Source of the DNA: a bacterium
Lineage (GTDB): Bacteria; Sysuimicrobiota; Sysuimicrobiia; Sysuimicrobiales; Kaftiobacteriaceae
Direction: 5' to 3'
DNA: 49,885 nucleotides
Assembly (NCBI GenBank): GCA_035300645.1
Contig: DATGVF010000027.1
Span: forward strand, 1-49,885
The position numbers were made by a program, and so were the translations under genes. Position 1 is the stretch's first letter. Every line of letters starts with the position of its first letter. Shown here piece by piece: positions 18,324 through 27,832 of the stretch. Under the pieces are notes generated by a model. It ran no database searches and was not told the DNA's origin. It saw nothing but the letters and a program-made list of their open reading frames with translations.

Positions 18324-19211
18324 GTGCAACGACGCGGAGGGCTGCTCATCCTCGCGGCCGCCCTCCTCTGGTCGAGCCTGGGTGTGGCAGGGCGATTTGC
18401 TTTCCGCGCCGGGGTCGTCCCGCTGGAAGCGGCCTTCTACCGCGCGGCCATCTCCTTCGCCAGTCTCCTCCTGTTTCTCATTGCGACGGATCGACGGGCA
18501 CTTCGGATTCGACCCGGGGATCTTGGGTTCTTCGCCGCCTTCGGCTTTGTCGGCGTGGCCGCGTTTTTCGTCGTCTACATGACCGCGATCAGCATGACGA
18601 CCGTGGCGACGGCGGCGATTCTCCTGTACACCGCACCCGCTTTTGTCATCGTCCTCTCGGCACTCCTGTTCGGCGAGACGCTCACGGCTCCCAAAACGAT
18701 CGCCGTGGCGTGTGCGTTCATCGGGTGTGGGCTGGTCGGACGCGGGTACGACCTGGCCAGCCTGCGTCTCAACCTGCCGGGCGTGCTCGCCGGCTTGGCA
18801 TCAGGACTGGCGTATGCGCTGTACACCATTTTCGGCAAAGCGGCATTACGCCGGTACACTCCCGTGACCACTCTGACTTACACCCTGGGGTTTGGCACGA
18901 TCTTTTTGGGGACAGCGGCTCTCGCCACCGGAGTTATCCCCCGCGCGCATCTTTCGTCCGGGTGGGTGGCCCTCGTCTACCTGGCGTTCGTGACGACACT
19001 TCTCGCTCAGGCGCTGTATTTGGCGGGGTTGCGGTACATCGAAGCCGGACCGGCAAGCTTGCTCGCCACCGTAGAACCGGTCGCTGCTGCCGTGCTCGGC
19101 TACATCGTGCTCGGGGAACGACTCGAGGGACTACAGATTGCCGGGGGCGTTCTGGTCGTGGGCGCCGTTATGCTCGCGCGCGCGAGGACCGGCCCAAAGA
19201 ACGGATCGTAA
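18324..19211 (+). CDS. EamA/DMT-family transporter, 295 aa
   Basis: About 10 predicted TM helices in two EamA-like halves, typical of the drug/metabolite transporter superfamily. GTG start. Confidence 0.85.
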   Translation: MQRRGGLLILAAALLWSSLGVAGRFAFRAGVVPLEAAFYRAAISFASLLLFLIATDRRALRIRPGDLGFFAAFGFVGVAAFFVVYMTAISMTTVATAAILLYTAPAFVIVLSALLFGETLTAPKTIAVACAFIGCGLVGRGYDLASLRLNLPGVLAGLASGLAYALYTIFGKAALRRYTPVTTLTYTLGFGTIFLGTAALATGVIPRAHLSSGWVALVYLAFVTTLLAQALYLAGLRYIEAGPASLLATVEPVAAAVLGYIVLGERLEGLQIAGGVLVVGAVMLARARTGPKNGS

Positions 19212-20445
19212 TGATGAGTGCGACAGTTGACACCGAGAGCAGCGACGCGCTGGCCACAAACGGGGCGACGTGTCCCGAGGCATCCCACAACACCCCGCCC
19301 AGAAGCGGCCCAAGCACCAGCCCGAGGCCTTCGGCCGTCTGAGCGGCGCCCATGGCAAATCCGATGCGTCCCGGTGGGGCGAGTTCGCTCACCAGCGCGT
19401 GCCACGCCGGAGACGATAGCGCATAGCCGATCCCCAACAGGACGGCTCCGACGGCGAGGACGTCTAGACGCGGAGAGATTGGCAGCATCCACATCCCCGC
19501 TGATCCGATCGCCATGCCCCAGACCACAGCCTTGCGTTTCCCCCAGCGATCAGCCAGCTGGCCCGCCGGCACTGAGGCAATCGCCACCGACAGCACCCCC
19601 AGCAAAAAGAGGATGCCGATCACTTGCTCCGAGAGTCCAACCACTTGCTTCGCATAAATCGCGAGAATCGGCGCCAGCAGCCCCACGCCGAACATCTGCA
19701 CAAACGCGACACCCAACATCGTGATGAGCAGCGGGGAAAATTGGGCGCGCCCCTCGCGTGACCGGTGGGACGATTGATCATCGCCGTGATCGCCTCCGAC
19801 CGCCGTCACAGGCGGGGCGAGGTGCGGGGTGGCGGCATCCCGCAACGCCACACTCCCCCACACGGCCGCAGCGATCATCAATCCGCTGGCCAGGTAGAAC
19901 CCGGTCGCGTACGAGTGGGTGAGCCCGACGACGAACAACCCCAGCGCGGGACCGAACGCCAAACCGGACAAGAAGAATAAGTTCAGCGTCCCCATCGCAG
20001 TGGCCCGTTGATCGCGAGGCGTCTTGTCCGCCATGATCGCCGATGCCGCCGGCCACAACGCGGACGACCCGGCTCCATCAATCAGGCGAAGCGGGACAAA
20101 CAACACCGGATTGCGGAGCACAGACATTAACAGGGGGGCCACACTGCTCAGCAACAATCCGGCGACGATCAGGGGACGCCGGCCGACTCGGTCGGCCACC
20201 GAGCCCCACCCGGCCTTGAGAAACGTCTCCACCAGCGCGAACGCCGCCACGACTGCTCCGACCAGCTTCACACTCGCGTTGAGATGCTCCGTGAGATACA
20301 ACGGCAGGAGTGGGACGATCGTCGCAAACCCGAGCTCGCCTAGGCCGATGACCAAAGACACGCGCAAGACGATGCCTCGGATGCGCAGACCCACCGACGG
20401 GGGCGGTGGGGCGAGGGAGCCTGGAGGGGTCGTCGTGATGCCCAC
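19168..20445 (-). CDS. MFS transporter, 425 aa, GTG start
   Basis: 12-TM-like hydrophobicity pattern with MFS signature-like loops (WGSVADRVGRRPLIV, AGQLADRWGKRKAVV). The start is 3 nt downstream of the gatD stop. Confidence 0.85.
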   Translation of the reverse strand: MGITTTPPGSLAPPPPSVGLRIRGIVLRVSLVIGLGELGFATIVPLLPLYLTEHLNASVKLVGAVVAAFALVETFLKAGWGSVADRVGRRPLIVAGLLLSSVAPLLMSVLRNPVLFVPLRLIDGAGSSALWPAASAIMADKTPRDQRATAMGTLNLFFLSGLAFGPALGLFVVGLTHSYATGFYLASGLMIAAAVWGSVALRDAATPHLAPPVTAVGGDHGDDQSSHRSREGRAQFSPLLITMLGVAFVQMFGVGLLAPILAIYAKQVVGLSEQVIGILFLLGVLSVAIASVPAGQLADRWGKRKAVVWGMAIGSAGMWMLPISPRLDVLAVGAVLLGIGYALSSPAWHALVSELAPPGRIGFAMGAAQTAEGLGLVLGPLLGGVLWDASGHVAPFVASASLLSVSTVALIITIRSLGRSSRARA

Positions 20446-20448
20446 AGT

Positions 20449-21192
20449 TTAGGCTGGGCTCGTGGCGCGGGCGAGCGCTGCCGCATGCGCGGCCAACTCG
20501 AGGCGATCGTCCAGCGTTTGCAAGGATACCTCACCGTAGCGCGGGCGGAGTGCCATACCCAACAAATAGTCCGTCAGAGCGGGATTCTTGGGCAGCAACG
20601 GGCCATGCAGGTAGGTCCCCACTACGGTCCCACTGACAGCCCCTTCTCCCTTGTCCTTCCCGTTATTGCCAAAGCCGGTCAGCACCGTGCCCAGCGGACG
20701 GGCAGTTGCCCCGAGGCGGGTACGCCCCCCGTGGTTTTCGAACCCCACCAGCGTCTGGCCACCAGGGAGATTAGAGCGGATGACAATGTTGCCGATCAAA
20801 CGGCGGGTCTGCGGGCCCGGGTGTTCGGTCGTGATATCGAGCAGACCAATGCCAATCAAGTCGTCGCCTTCTGCAGGACGGTAGTAGTGGCCGAGGAGTT
20901 GATAGCCCCCGCAGACGGCGAGCACGACGGCGCCGCGCTCCACAGCCTGCGCAAGCGCCTCGCGCTTGGGGCCGCGGAGATCAGCGGCGGCAAATACTTG
21001 TTGTCGGTCTTCTCCGCCCCCGATGAAGTAGAAGTCATGCGCCCCCGCGGGCAACGCGTCGCCCAGGTCAATCTCGTCCACGCGAACATCGATCCCGCGC
21101 CATCGCGCGCGATTCACGAGCGCCATGAGATTGCCGCGGTCACCGTATAGGTTGAGCAAATCTGGGTACAGATGGCAAATGCGCAGATCCAT
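20449..21192 (-). CDS. gatD: Lipid II isoglutaminyl synthase, glutaminase subunit GatD (CobQ/CobB-type GATase), 247 aa
   Basis: MDLRICHLYPDLLNLYGDRGN N-terminus, nucleophile motif AVCGGYQLLG, and catalytic His region GTYLHGPLLPKN. Adjacent to murT. Track ORF trimmed to ATG 21192. Confidence 0.85.
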   Translation of the reverse strand: MDLRICHLYPDLLNLYGDRGNLMALVNRARWRGIDVRVDEIDLGDALPAGAHDFYFIGGGEDRQQVFAAADLRGPKREALAQAVERGAVVLAVCGGYQLLGHYYRPAEGDDLIGIGLLDITTEHPGPQTRRLIGNIVIRSNLPGGQTLVGFENHGGRTRLGATARPLGTVLTGFGNNGKDKGEGAVSGTVVGTYLHGPLLPKNPALTDYLLGMALRPRYGEVSLQTLDDRLELAAHAAALARATSPA

Positions 21193-21314
21193 GCCGGGCC
21201 TCACTATACCACAGGAGCCCAAACATCACGTGTCGGGCTAGCCCCGTGAAATCGATCAGGTCCCCGCGACCCAGACTCAGGCCGGGACCTCAATACGCAG
21301 TCTATGCCCACGGG

Positions 21315-22718
21315 CTACTGCTCCCAGAACCCTCCGACCACACCGCGCCGCTGCAAGAAGGCCCGCAGTTCCAGCATCGCCGTGTAGGTGGGGAGCACAT
21401 ACACCAGCTCGCCATCACGCGCCGCGCCCAAGGCGGCGTCCCACGCCCGTCCGAGGTCGGTCTCCACTGTCATCGTCTGGGAGGAGACGCCAGCGTGCTT
21501 GAGCCGGAGGGCCATGTCCTCGGCTCGCCGCCCGCTCACGACCACGGCGCGGGTGCGTCCGGCCAGCGTTTCAAAGTCCACGTCCCACAGCCAGGAGATA
21601 TCTCGGCCGTCTGCGGTAAGGTCGTTGATGGCAATCAGCATGACCCCCGGCTTCGCGTCGGTGGCGCGCAGCACGGTCCGCAGGACCTCGTTGAAACCGG
21701 CGGGGTTCTTCGCAAGCAACAACACCGCCTCCTGGCCGTCGGCGCGGACGCGCTCGGCGCGGCCAAACGCCGGGGCGAATGTCTCGACGCCCTTGGCGAT
21801 CGTCTGCAGCGGCACACCCAATTCCCCACAACAGGCGGCCGCGGCCAGCACATTGTGGATGTTGTAGACTCCGGGGAGCACGGTGCGGACGCGGGCAGTC
21901 CCCCCCGGCATGCGCAGCGTGAACGCGCTTCCCTCAAGCCCTCGGATCTCGACGGCCTCCGCGGCCACGATCGGATCGGGCCGCCGAGTGTGGCACTGCG
22001 GGCAGTGATACACGCCCATGTGGCCAAAGTACACCACATCGTAGTGGTAGCGAATCCCACATCGGTAGCAGTAGCGCGAATCCGCCGCGTGCTCCAACGT
22101 CCCGACCCCGCACGACGCATCGGCAATGCCGAATGGGATTCCTCGCCCCGGGGTCTGCGTGCTTACCTCGGCGACGAGCGGATCATCGGCATTGTAGATC
22201 ACCGCGACATTCCGCTGGCGATGCTGGTGCAGCGCCGCCCGCCAGCGACCGGCCACGAGATCGATCTCCCCATACCGATCAAGCTGGTCGCGGAAGAGAT
22301 TGGTCAGGACGACGGCTCGCGGGCGCAGGGACTCCCAGACCACCGGCAGCGTCGCCTCGTCGACCTCAAAGATGCCGATCCCGCGAGGCAGGCGGGCACG
22401 CCAGTTGGCCTGGGAAACGAGGGCCGTGATGATCCCCGTGGCCAAGTTCGCGCCAGCGCGATTGTGGACGGAGGGCGTACCGGCGAGATGGAGGACGTGG
22501 CTAATGAGACGCGAGGTCGTCGTCTTCCCATTGGTACCGGTCACAATCACGCAGCCGTCCGACAAGCGCGCGGCCAGATCGCGCATGACGGTCGGGGCGA
22601 TCGCGCGCGCCACGCGCCCGGGCATAGTTGTCCCACCGCCCAGATGCAGGGCACGACTGGCGGCTGCAGTCACTCGCCCCAGGATGACGGCGAGCGCAAG
22701 ACGAAGATTGACGAACAT
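21315..22718 (-). CDS. murT: Lipid II isoglutaminyl synthase, Mur-ligase-like subunit MurT, 467 aa
   Basis: Mur ligase P-loop VTGTNGKTTTSRLI, Cys4 ribbon (CYRCG...CPQC) typical of MurT, and a C-terminal DUF1727-like region. Track ORF 21315..22775 trimmed to ATG 22718 (MFVNLRLALAV...). The start is uncertain. Confidence 0.85.
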   Translation of the reverse strand: MFVNLRLALAVILGRVTAAASRALHLGGGTTMPGRVARAIAPTVMRDLAARLSDGCVIVTGTNGKTTTSRLISHVLHLAGTPSVHNRAGANLATGIITALVSQANWRARLPRGIGIFEVDEATLPVVWESLRPRAVVLTNLFRDQLDRYGEIDLVAGRWRAALHQHRQRNVAVIYNADDPLVAEVSTQTPGRGIPFGIADASCGVGTLEHAADSRYCYRCGIRYHYDVVYFGHMGVYHCPQCHTRRPDPIVAAEAVEIRGLEGSAFTLRMPGGTARVRTVLPGVYNIHNVLAAAACCGELGVPLQTIAKGVETFAPAFGRAERVRADGQEAVLLLAKNPAGFNEVLRTVLRATDAKPGVMLIAINDLTADGRDISWLWDVDFETLAGRTRAVVVSGRRAEDMALRLKHAGVSSQTMTVETDLGRAWDAALGAARDGELVYVLPTYTAMLELRAFLQRRGVVGGFWEQ

Positions 22719-22856
22719 TACTTTTGTGCTATTCCTCCGTCCATATGTCTGTTCCCTTATGCTGATCGAACACACCGCCGTTCCGGAGACGGTACTACAC
22801 TCGAGCGGCTATCGCTGGCCTGCGGTGGGTATATGGACTGTGACTGCTCCCCCTTT

Positions 22857-22885
22857 TTGACGCGTGGGGTGATTGTGTCTATAAT
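22857..22885 (+). promoter_or_regulatory. Near-consensus sigma-70/SigA-type promoter for the DUF151 gene
   Basis: TTGACG (22857-22862), 17-nt spacer, TATAAT (22880-22885), 25 nt upstream of GTG 22911. Confidence 0.55.
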
Positions 22886-22910
22886 AAGGCAGCGACGAGG
22901 AGGGTCTCCC

Positions 22911-23387
22911 GTGATACACATGAAGGTACGGGGAGTCGCACTCGACCAGCAGATGAATCCAGTCGTCCTGCTGGTCGATCAAGCGGAAACGCTGGCGCTG
23001 CCGATCTGGATCGGACAGGCGGAAGCGACGGCGATCGCGATGGAGCTGCAAGGGGTGAAACCGCCGCGCCCGATGACCCACGACCTCCTGCGCGGTGTCC
23101 TCAAGTCGCTTACCGCTACTGTAACGCGCGTGGTGGTCACCGAAGTCAAAGAGAGCACCTACTTCGCGGAAATCCACCTCGCCACGAACGGCACCCCTCT
23201 GATTGTCGACTCCCGTCCAAGCGATGCGATAGCGCTCGCGCTGCGGATGGAAGCCCCCATCTTCGTTGCGGATCCGGTCGCCGAGCAAGCGATCGCCTTG
23301 AAGAAGCCCCTCGATGACGAGATGGATGAGTTTAAGAAGTTCTTGGAGAAAGTGAAGCCGTCTGATTTCAAAGGGACCGTCCACTAG
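22911..23387 (+). CDS. Bifunctional nuclease family protein (DUF151/BFN domain), 158 aa
   Basis: Only the 3' end of the 713-aa track ORF 21246..23387 is credible. MKVRGVALDQQMNPVVLLVD...LPIWIGQAEATAIAMELQGVKPPRPMTHDLL...DSRPSDAIALALR is the DUF151 signature. GAGGAGG lies 7 nt before GTG 22911; ATG 22920 is the alternative start. Confidence 0.8.
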   Translation: MIHMKVRGVALDQQMNPVVLLVDQAETLALPIWIGQAEATAIAMELQGVKPPRPMTHDLLRGVLKSLTATVTRVVVTEVKESTYFAEIHLATNGTPLIVDSRPSDAIALALRMEAPIFVADPVAEQAIALKKPLDDEMDEFKKFLEKVKPSDFKGTVH

Positions 23388-23525
23388 AACGCCCGTTCCC
23401 GTAAGCCCGTAACCCTCTCGCCCGGTGCTGTCGACGCACACGGGCATTGTTGTTTCTTGTGTGCCCCGTGGCCCTGCAGATGTGGTGAAGAGGCACCCAG
23501 TACCTGTGGAGGGGAGTGAAACGGC

Positions 23526-24680
23526 CTAGCTGGTGCTGAACCCTCGCCGATCGAACACGTAGACTTTCCCATTCGCCCGCAGCCGGACGGGGTTTCGCCA
23601 CAGGGAGTGGACGGCTTTGAGGAAGAGCCCGACGCGTTTGGGGTCCAATTTCTTGTCTTCTTCCTGGTGCACCAACAACAGTTCCTTGGGGCTGCTGGAG
23701 GGCTCGACTTCCACGTGGGGCTCGCCCTTGTACAGCTTCTGAGTAATGAGCATCTCTTTGACCTGCTGGAGGTCGTACGATTTCTGCTTCTCTTTGGGGT
23801 CGTAGACAAAGAGATCCAGGCTCCGGACGAGGTCGTCCGTGAGCACTTCATCAATCAAGCGCACGTCCTCGTAATACGTCCGGGTCTGGAGAGTCGAGTC
23901 GAAACCCCGTTCGTGTTTAATGCGTTGGAAGAGGGCATGACCGATCGTGTAGGGAGCCGGGCGGTTGCTCAGTTGGACGCTGAGGCTGGTCCACGCCGGG
24001 GTATCCAGGATGTCCCGCAGCAGTTCCGCCTCCACGAAGGTGGCCCACCCCTCGTTAATGATGTGGGTGCGCTGGATCAAGTCAAAGTATTCCGACTCCT
24101 CGCGGATCATCTGCAGCATGTGCTGCTCCCAGGGATCCAGCGGGGCTTTCTCCTCCAGGTAGTAGACGACCCGCTTCCGCCGTTCGGTGGAGCTGCGTTC
24201 GAAAGCGTTCACCGTCCCGGCGACGGTCAGCAGCGCATCCAGGAGGGCTTCGACTTTCTCCCGCGAGTACAGACCTTCGTACTTGCGGATCTGGCGAGCG
24301 TGGGCCTCGGCCTGGTTGAGCATGTTCTTATTGGACTTCGCAAACCAGTGGTTGTTGCGGAAGAAGTCCACGTGGCCAAAGACGTGCGCGATCACCAACA
24401 CGTTCTGCAGATAGGTGTTGGAGCGGCGCAGGAACGCGTGCGACGGGGTCGTGTTCAGCACGAGCTCGAGGATACTGAATAGCTCCTTGTTCTGCTGCAG
24501 GACGAGTTCCTTGTACGCCCCGCCCCAGTACCAGTGGATGAACCGGTTGGGCAGACCCATGCTCGCGACTTCTGCAATCTCGTCGCTATCGGTCATGCGG
24601 AAGTAGACGGGGTCAAACGACAGCCCCCGCTCCCGACCTAGGGTTTCGATGCGGTCGGTGATGGCGCGGTACGCGTCCAT
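23526..24680 (-). CDS. spoVR: SpoVR family protein, 384 aa
   Basis: The N-terminus GLSFDPVYFRM...MGLPNRFIHWYWGG aligns with Bacillus SpoVR (GLDFYPMRYE...YGMPTRFSHWSFGK). INEGWATF motif. Third gene of prkA-yhbH-spoVR. The start overlaps the yhbH 3' end by 43 nt. Confidence 0.9.
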   Translation of the reverse strand: MDAYRAITDRIETLGRERGLSFDPVYFRMTDSDEIAEVASMGLPNRFIHWYWGGAYKELVLQQNKELFSILELVLNTTPSHAFLRRSNTYLQNVLVIAHVFGHVDFFRNNHWFAKSNKNMLNQAEAHARQIRKYEGLYSREKVEALLDALLTVAGTVNAFERSSTERRKRVVYYLEEKAPLDPWEQHMLQMIREESEYFDLIQRTHIINEGWATFVEAELLRDILDTPAWTSLSVQLSNRPAPYTIGHALFQRIKHERGFDSTLQTRTYYEDVRLIDEVLTDDLVRSLDLFVYDPKEKQKSYDLQQVKEMLITQKLYKGEPHVEVEPSSSPKELLLVHQEEDKKLDPKRVGLFLKAVHSLWRNPVRLRANGKVYVFDRRGFSTS

Positions 24681-25816
24681 CGCGCTCCTCCAGCACGTTC
24701 GGGCGTAAAGAACTCCAGAAACTCCTCCATCGCCTTGCGAATCGCCTCCGCGTCCGTGAGATTGGCGAACGTGGCGCGGGGGAGTCGCCGCACAGCCTCT
24801 TGGACGAATTCCGAGAACCCACCGATGCCTCGTCCGCCAGGGTTGACGTGCCCATAGCAGACCAGGTCAAAGCGGCCGAGCGCTTCCTCATATCGGCGTT
24901 TGGCGAGATCGAAGTCCCCGGACGAGGTCTCGCCGTCGGTGAATAAGAAGAGGAACTTGTCGTGCTCTGTCACCCCGTGCAGCAGATCCATCGCCTTTTC
25001 AAATCCGGATGAGATGTGGGTCCCGCCCGAAGATTCCACGCAGAAGAATTCATCGCGGGTTTTTTCGTTCGCGACGTCCTGAAACACGACATAGCGTCGC
25101 AGGTTCGTAGGGTAGCGCCGCTCCAGGTAGTACCAGAGGACAAAGATCGTCTTGCGCACGAGGGCCAGGTACTCTCCGCGCATGGATCCGGAGATGTCCA
25201 ACACGTACACTTCCAGCGACCGGTGGTTCTCGTAGGCGGCGGGGTCTTCGATGAAGTACCACCCGTCCTGCGTCAGCTCCACGTCATACTCGGCCATCCC
25301 GCGCTCGCGGATGTTGCGCATCAGCGCTTGCAACATCGTTTCTTCTAGGTTCAGATCGGGGCGCAGCCCAATGCGGTCGAGGTCATCCAGATCGGGCAGG
25401 GCGTCGGTCTGCACCTCCCCGGTGCGGGATGGCTCGTGGAACACCGGCAGGTGAATCTCCTCTAACAAGACCTCTTGGGCGAGGCGCACGAACTCGTCGA
25501 AATCCAGCTCCACCTTGAGCTCCCGCCCGTGGTGATCGCCCCCTAGGAGCCCGCCTAGCATCTGGATTTCATCATCTCCGCCACCCGAACCGGCTCCCCC
25601 GCCCCCTCGGCCGCCTTGGCCGGTACCGCGCGCGAGGACCGGGGCGTCTTCCCCGTACTTCAATGTCGGGAGATCCAGCGTGGCGAGTTGCGTCTTCACT
25701 CGCCCGTCGATGATGAGTTCTTTTTGCTGGATGAGCTCGTTCAGGTGCTGCTTGAGGTACTCGCGCAGCAACAGGTCGTGCTTATGTTGGGCGATGTGAC
25801 CGCGATGGATGCGCAT
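24638..25816 (-). CDS. yhbH: YhbH/YeaH family protein (DUF444, vWA-like), 392 aa
   Basis: DUF444-type N-terminus (HRGHIAQHKHDLLLREYLKQHL), a Gly-rich linker, and a vWA-like MIDAS region (VYVLDISGSM). Track ORF 24638..25915 trimmed to ATG 25816, downstream of the prkA stop (25875). Confidence 0.85.
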   Translation of the reverse strand: MRIHRGHIAQHKHDLLLREYLKQHLNELIQQKELIIDGRVKTQLATLDLPTLKYGEDAPVLARGTGQGGRGGGGAGSGGGDDEIQMLGGLLGGDHHGRELKVELDFDEFVRLAQEVLLEEIHLPVFHEPSRTGEVQTDALPDLDDLDRIGLRPDLNLEETMLQALMRNIRERGMAEYDVELTQDGWYFIEDPAAYENHRSLEVYVLDISGSMRGEYLALVRKTIFVLWYYLERRYPTNLRRYVVFQDVANEKTRDEFFCVESSGGTHISSGFEKAMDLLHGVTEHDKFLFLFTDGETSSGDFDLAKRRYEEALGRFDLVCYGHVNPGGRGIGGFSEFVQEAVRRLPRATFANLTDAEAIRKAMEEFLEFFTPERAGGARWTRTAPSPTASKP

Positions 25817-25874
25817 CGGGGCGCTGGGAGATCCGACGGCGGCCGGCGAATCCTCCGCCGCCCGGCCTCCGAGG

Positions 25875-27530
25875 TTAGAAGCTCCTCCCGATGACCTTGA
25901 ACAGCGATCGGGCACACACGTCGCAGTACTTGTACTGCTCGATAGCGCTGCGATACAACACTTTCAATAGTTCCTGGCTCTTCGCGTCGAGCTCCTCGCT
26001 TTTCTCATACAGGCGCAGCAGGTTCTTGATCTTGTTGAACACGATCTCATTGATAACCGGACGCAGGTGCTCGTTGTCTTTATAACTCATGCGCAGCATG
26101 TCGTCTTTGCGTTCCAGCAGAACGTTCTCAAAGGCGACCCGCCCCTGCCGGCTGATCTGGCGCTTGGTCACCATGATCCCCTCGACCTCGTCGACCAACT
26201 CTTTCTCGGTGGCCGACAGCGGCTCGCCGGCGACGTTGCGCGCGGCCGCTTCCAGGTAGTTTAGGTAGAGGTTCTGTCCGTAGTCATAAAAGTGCGTGGG
26301 GACGACCTCTTCGACGATGAGGTCGATCTTCTTGTTGATGAACTCGACCTTCGTCTCCTCGAACTGTTTCAGCAGGTCTTTGAGGTTGATGTCCTTCATC
26401 GACTGGTGTTCAAACGTGCGCTCGACGGCCGCAGCGATCGTGTCCAGATCTACACACTTCTCGGCCAAGGTGTAGGCGTAGGAGAACGCGTCCTCAAAGA
26501 ACCGCGGCGACAAACCCCGCAGCCCCTGGGACTCCTCTCGCGTCTTCAGCGCATAACGGGCTGCGAGTTCGTACACGTCCTCCGGGACATGCCGCTCCTC
26601 GCCGCGGATGCGGTTGGCACGCTCCACGAGCGTCTTGTAGATCTTCTTCTCGCCCTCCAGGTCCACGTTATAAGGAAAGTCGATCTTGTGGATGCGGCCG
26701 CGCAGCGGCTCCATGATGTCTTCGGAGACAAACACCTGGTACTCCGGGTAGTTGCTGTGGCCGATGACGACCTCATCCACGTGGACCGTGGGGAAGTTCG
26801 CCAAGTCGATGCGCTTGGACTGAATGAGTTCGAGCAGCAGGGAGAGGAGCTGGCGGCGGCTCTTGAACACTTCGGTCCAGTCCAAGATGCCCCGGTTGGC
26901 CCAGATCATCTTGCCCTCAAAATCGTAGGCACCCGGATCATAGGTGGATCCGCGCTCTTTCAGCATGGCAAAGTTGATGTTGCCGACGAAGTTGGTGATG
27001 TCCTCGCGCCGCAGATCCGTGGGGGTGTGTTTGGCGACGCCGATCTTGTCCCGGGCGGAGACGTAGACGCGTTCCACCGGCACCTGCTTCCAGCCGCCGG
27101 TGCGCCTCACCAGCTGGTCGCACACGGGGCAGGGGACCGCCTCTTCATGCCACTGCACCCCGCTGTCGTCGCGGATATCCAGGGGGATCAGATCAAACGG
27201 GTGTTGGTGAAACGGACAGCCCTGCACCGCGTACACGGCGCCGTCTGCGGTGTGTGAATACTCCTCGAGTTTGCGCTTGAGGTGGTCGACTGTCATCGAC
27301 TTACCCGATCCCTGGGGGCCGACCAAGAGCAGCAAGCGGCGCTCCATTGACATCGAGTGCGCCCGGAAGAACGCGTCGATGGCATCCATCTGCTTTTCCA
27401 TGCCGTAGATGCCTTCGAAGACCTTCGGACGGCCGAAGTATTCGATCATGTCGGAGATGTAGTGGTGGGTCGTGCGCCGCAGCCGCCGGTCGTGGCGCGC
27501 CTCTTGCAGATACTCGTGGACCGTGTTCAT
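25875..27530 (-). CDS. prkA: PrkA-family AAA+ serine protein kinase, 551 aa
   Basis: Walker A LLLVGPQGSGKSMTV followed by AVYAVQGCPFHQHPFDLIP (compare Bacillus PrkA AVYAIKGCPMHEDPLHLIP). Operon partner of yhbH and spoVR. SD AGAGGAG upstream. Confidence 0.9.
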   Translation of the reverse strand: MNTVHEYLQEARHDRRLRRTTHHYISDMIEYFGRPKVFEGIYGMEKQMDAIDAFFRAHSMSMERRLLLLVGPQGSGKSMTVDHLKRKLEEYSHTADGAVYAVQGCPFHQHPFDLIPLDIRDDSGVQWHEEAVPCPVCDQLVRRTGGWKQVPVERVYVSARDKIGVAKHTPTDLRREDITNFVGNINFAMLKERGSTYDPGAYDFEGKMIWANRGILDWTEVFKSRRQLLSLLLELIQSKRIDLANFPTVHVDEVVIGHSNYPEYQVFVSEDIMEPLRGRIHKIDFPYNVDLEGEKKIYKTLVERANRIRGEERHVPEDVYELAARYALKTREESQGLRGLSPRFFEDAFSYAYTLAEKCVDLDTIAAAVERTFEHQSMKDINLKDLLKQFEETKVEFINKKIDLIVEEVVPTHFYDYGQNLYLNYLEAAARNVAGEPLSATEKELVDEVEGIMVTKRQISRQGRVAFENVLLERKDDMLRMSYKDNEHLRPVINEIVFNKIKNLLRLYEKSEELDAKSQELLKVLYRSAIEQYKYCDVCARSLFKVIGRSF

Positions 27531-27645
27531 GACCGCCTCGCTCCTCTCTACTCTTCCTCAGAGCCCGGCGACCCTGAGAACGCCGCGTGGTCGGTGTGCC
27601 AGTCTCATGCCCTCTCTCCGCATTCACCAGTCGTCTGGATCTGTG

Positions 27646-27695
27646 GTGGGAAAACACAAGGACCCAGGGGCGGGATCCGCGCGGACCTGGGTCCT
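27646..27695 (-). terminator. Intrinsic-terminator-like hairpin inside the prkA 5' leader (candidate attenuator)
   Basis: Minus strand: AGGACCCAGG (27695-27686), 17-nt loop, CCTGGGTCCT (27668-27659), a perfect 10-bp stem, immediately followed by TGTGTTTTCC. No minus-strand gene ends upstream of it. Confidence 0.45.
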
Positions 27696-27832
27696 AGCTA
27701 AGCCAACGACGACTACGGGTATGCCGGGGACGCCGCATGGTCGCGTCGGGTCCGCTCCGTTCCCTGCTACGATGCCGGGTGCGACGAAAGGTGTGGGTAG
27801 GCGCGCCGCGACCGGTTCAGAACTTGTGGGAG

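Noticed and set aside
21246-22910. First 555 codons of the 713-aa plus-strand ORF 21246..23387, the second-longest ORF in the track
   Set aside because: It runs antisense across the whole murT gene. It has the Arg/Gly/Pro/His-rich, motif-free composition typical of GC-rich shadow frames. Only the final 158 codons (DUF151 protein, with its own promoter and SD) look real.
26292-27257. 321-aa plus-strand ORF (and the similar 23607..24482 ORF)
   Set aside because: They are antisense to prkA and spoVR respectively, with a repetitive Val/Asp/Leu/Gly composition mirroring the sense codons. Both are shadow frames.
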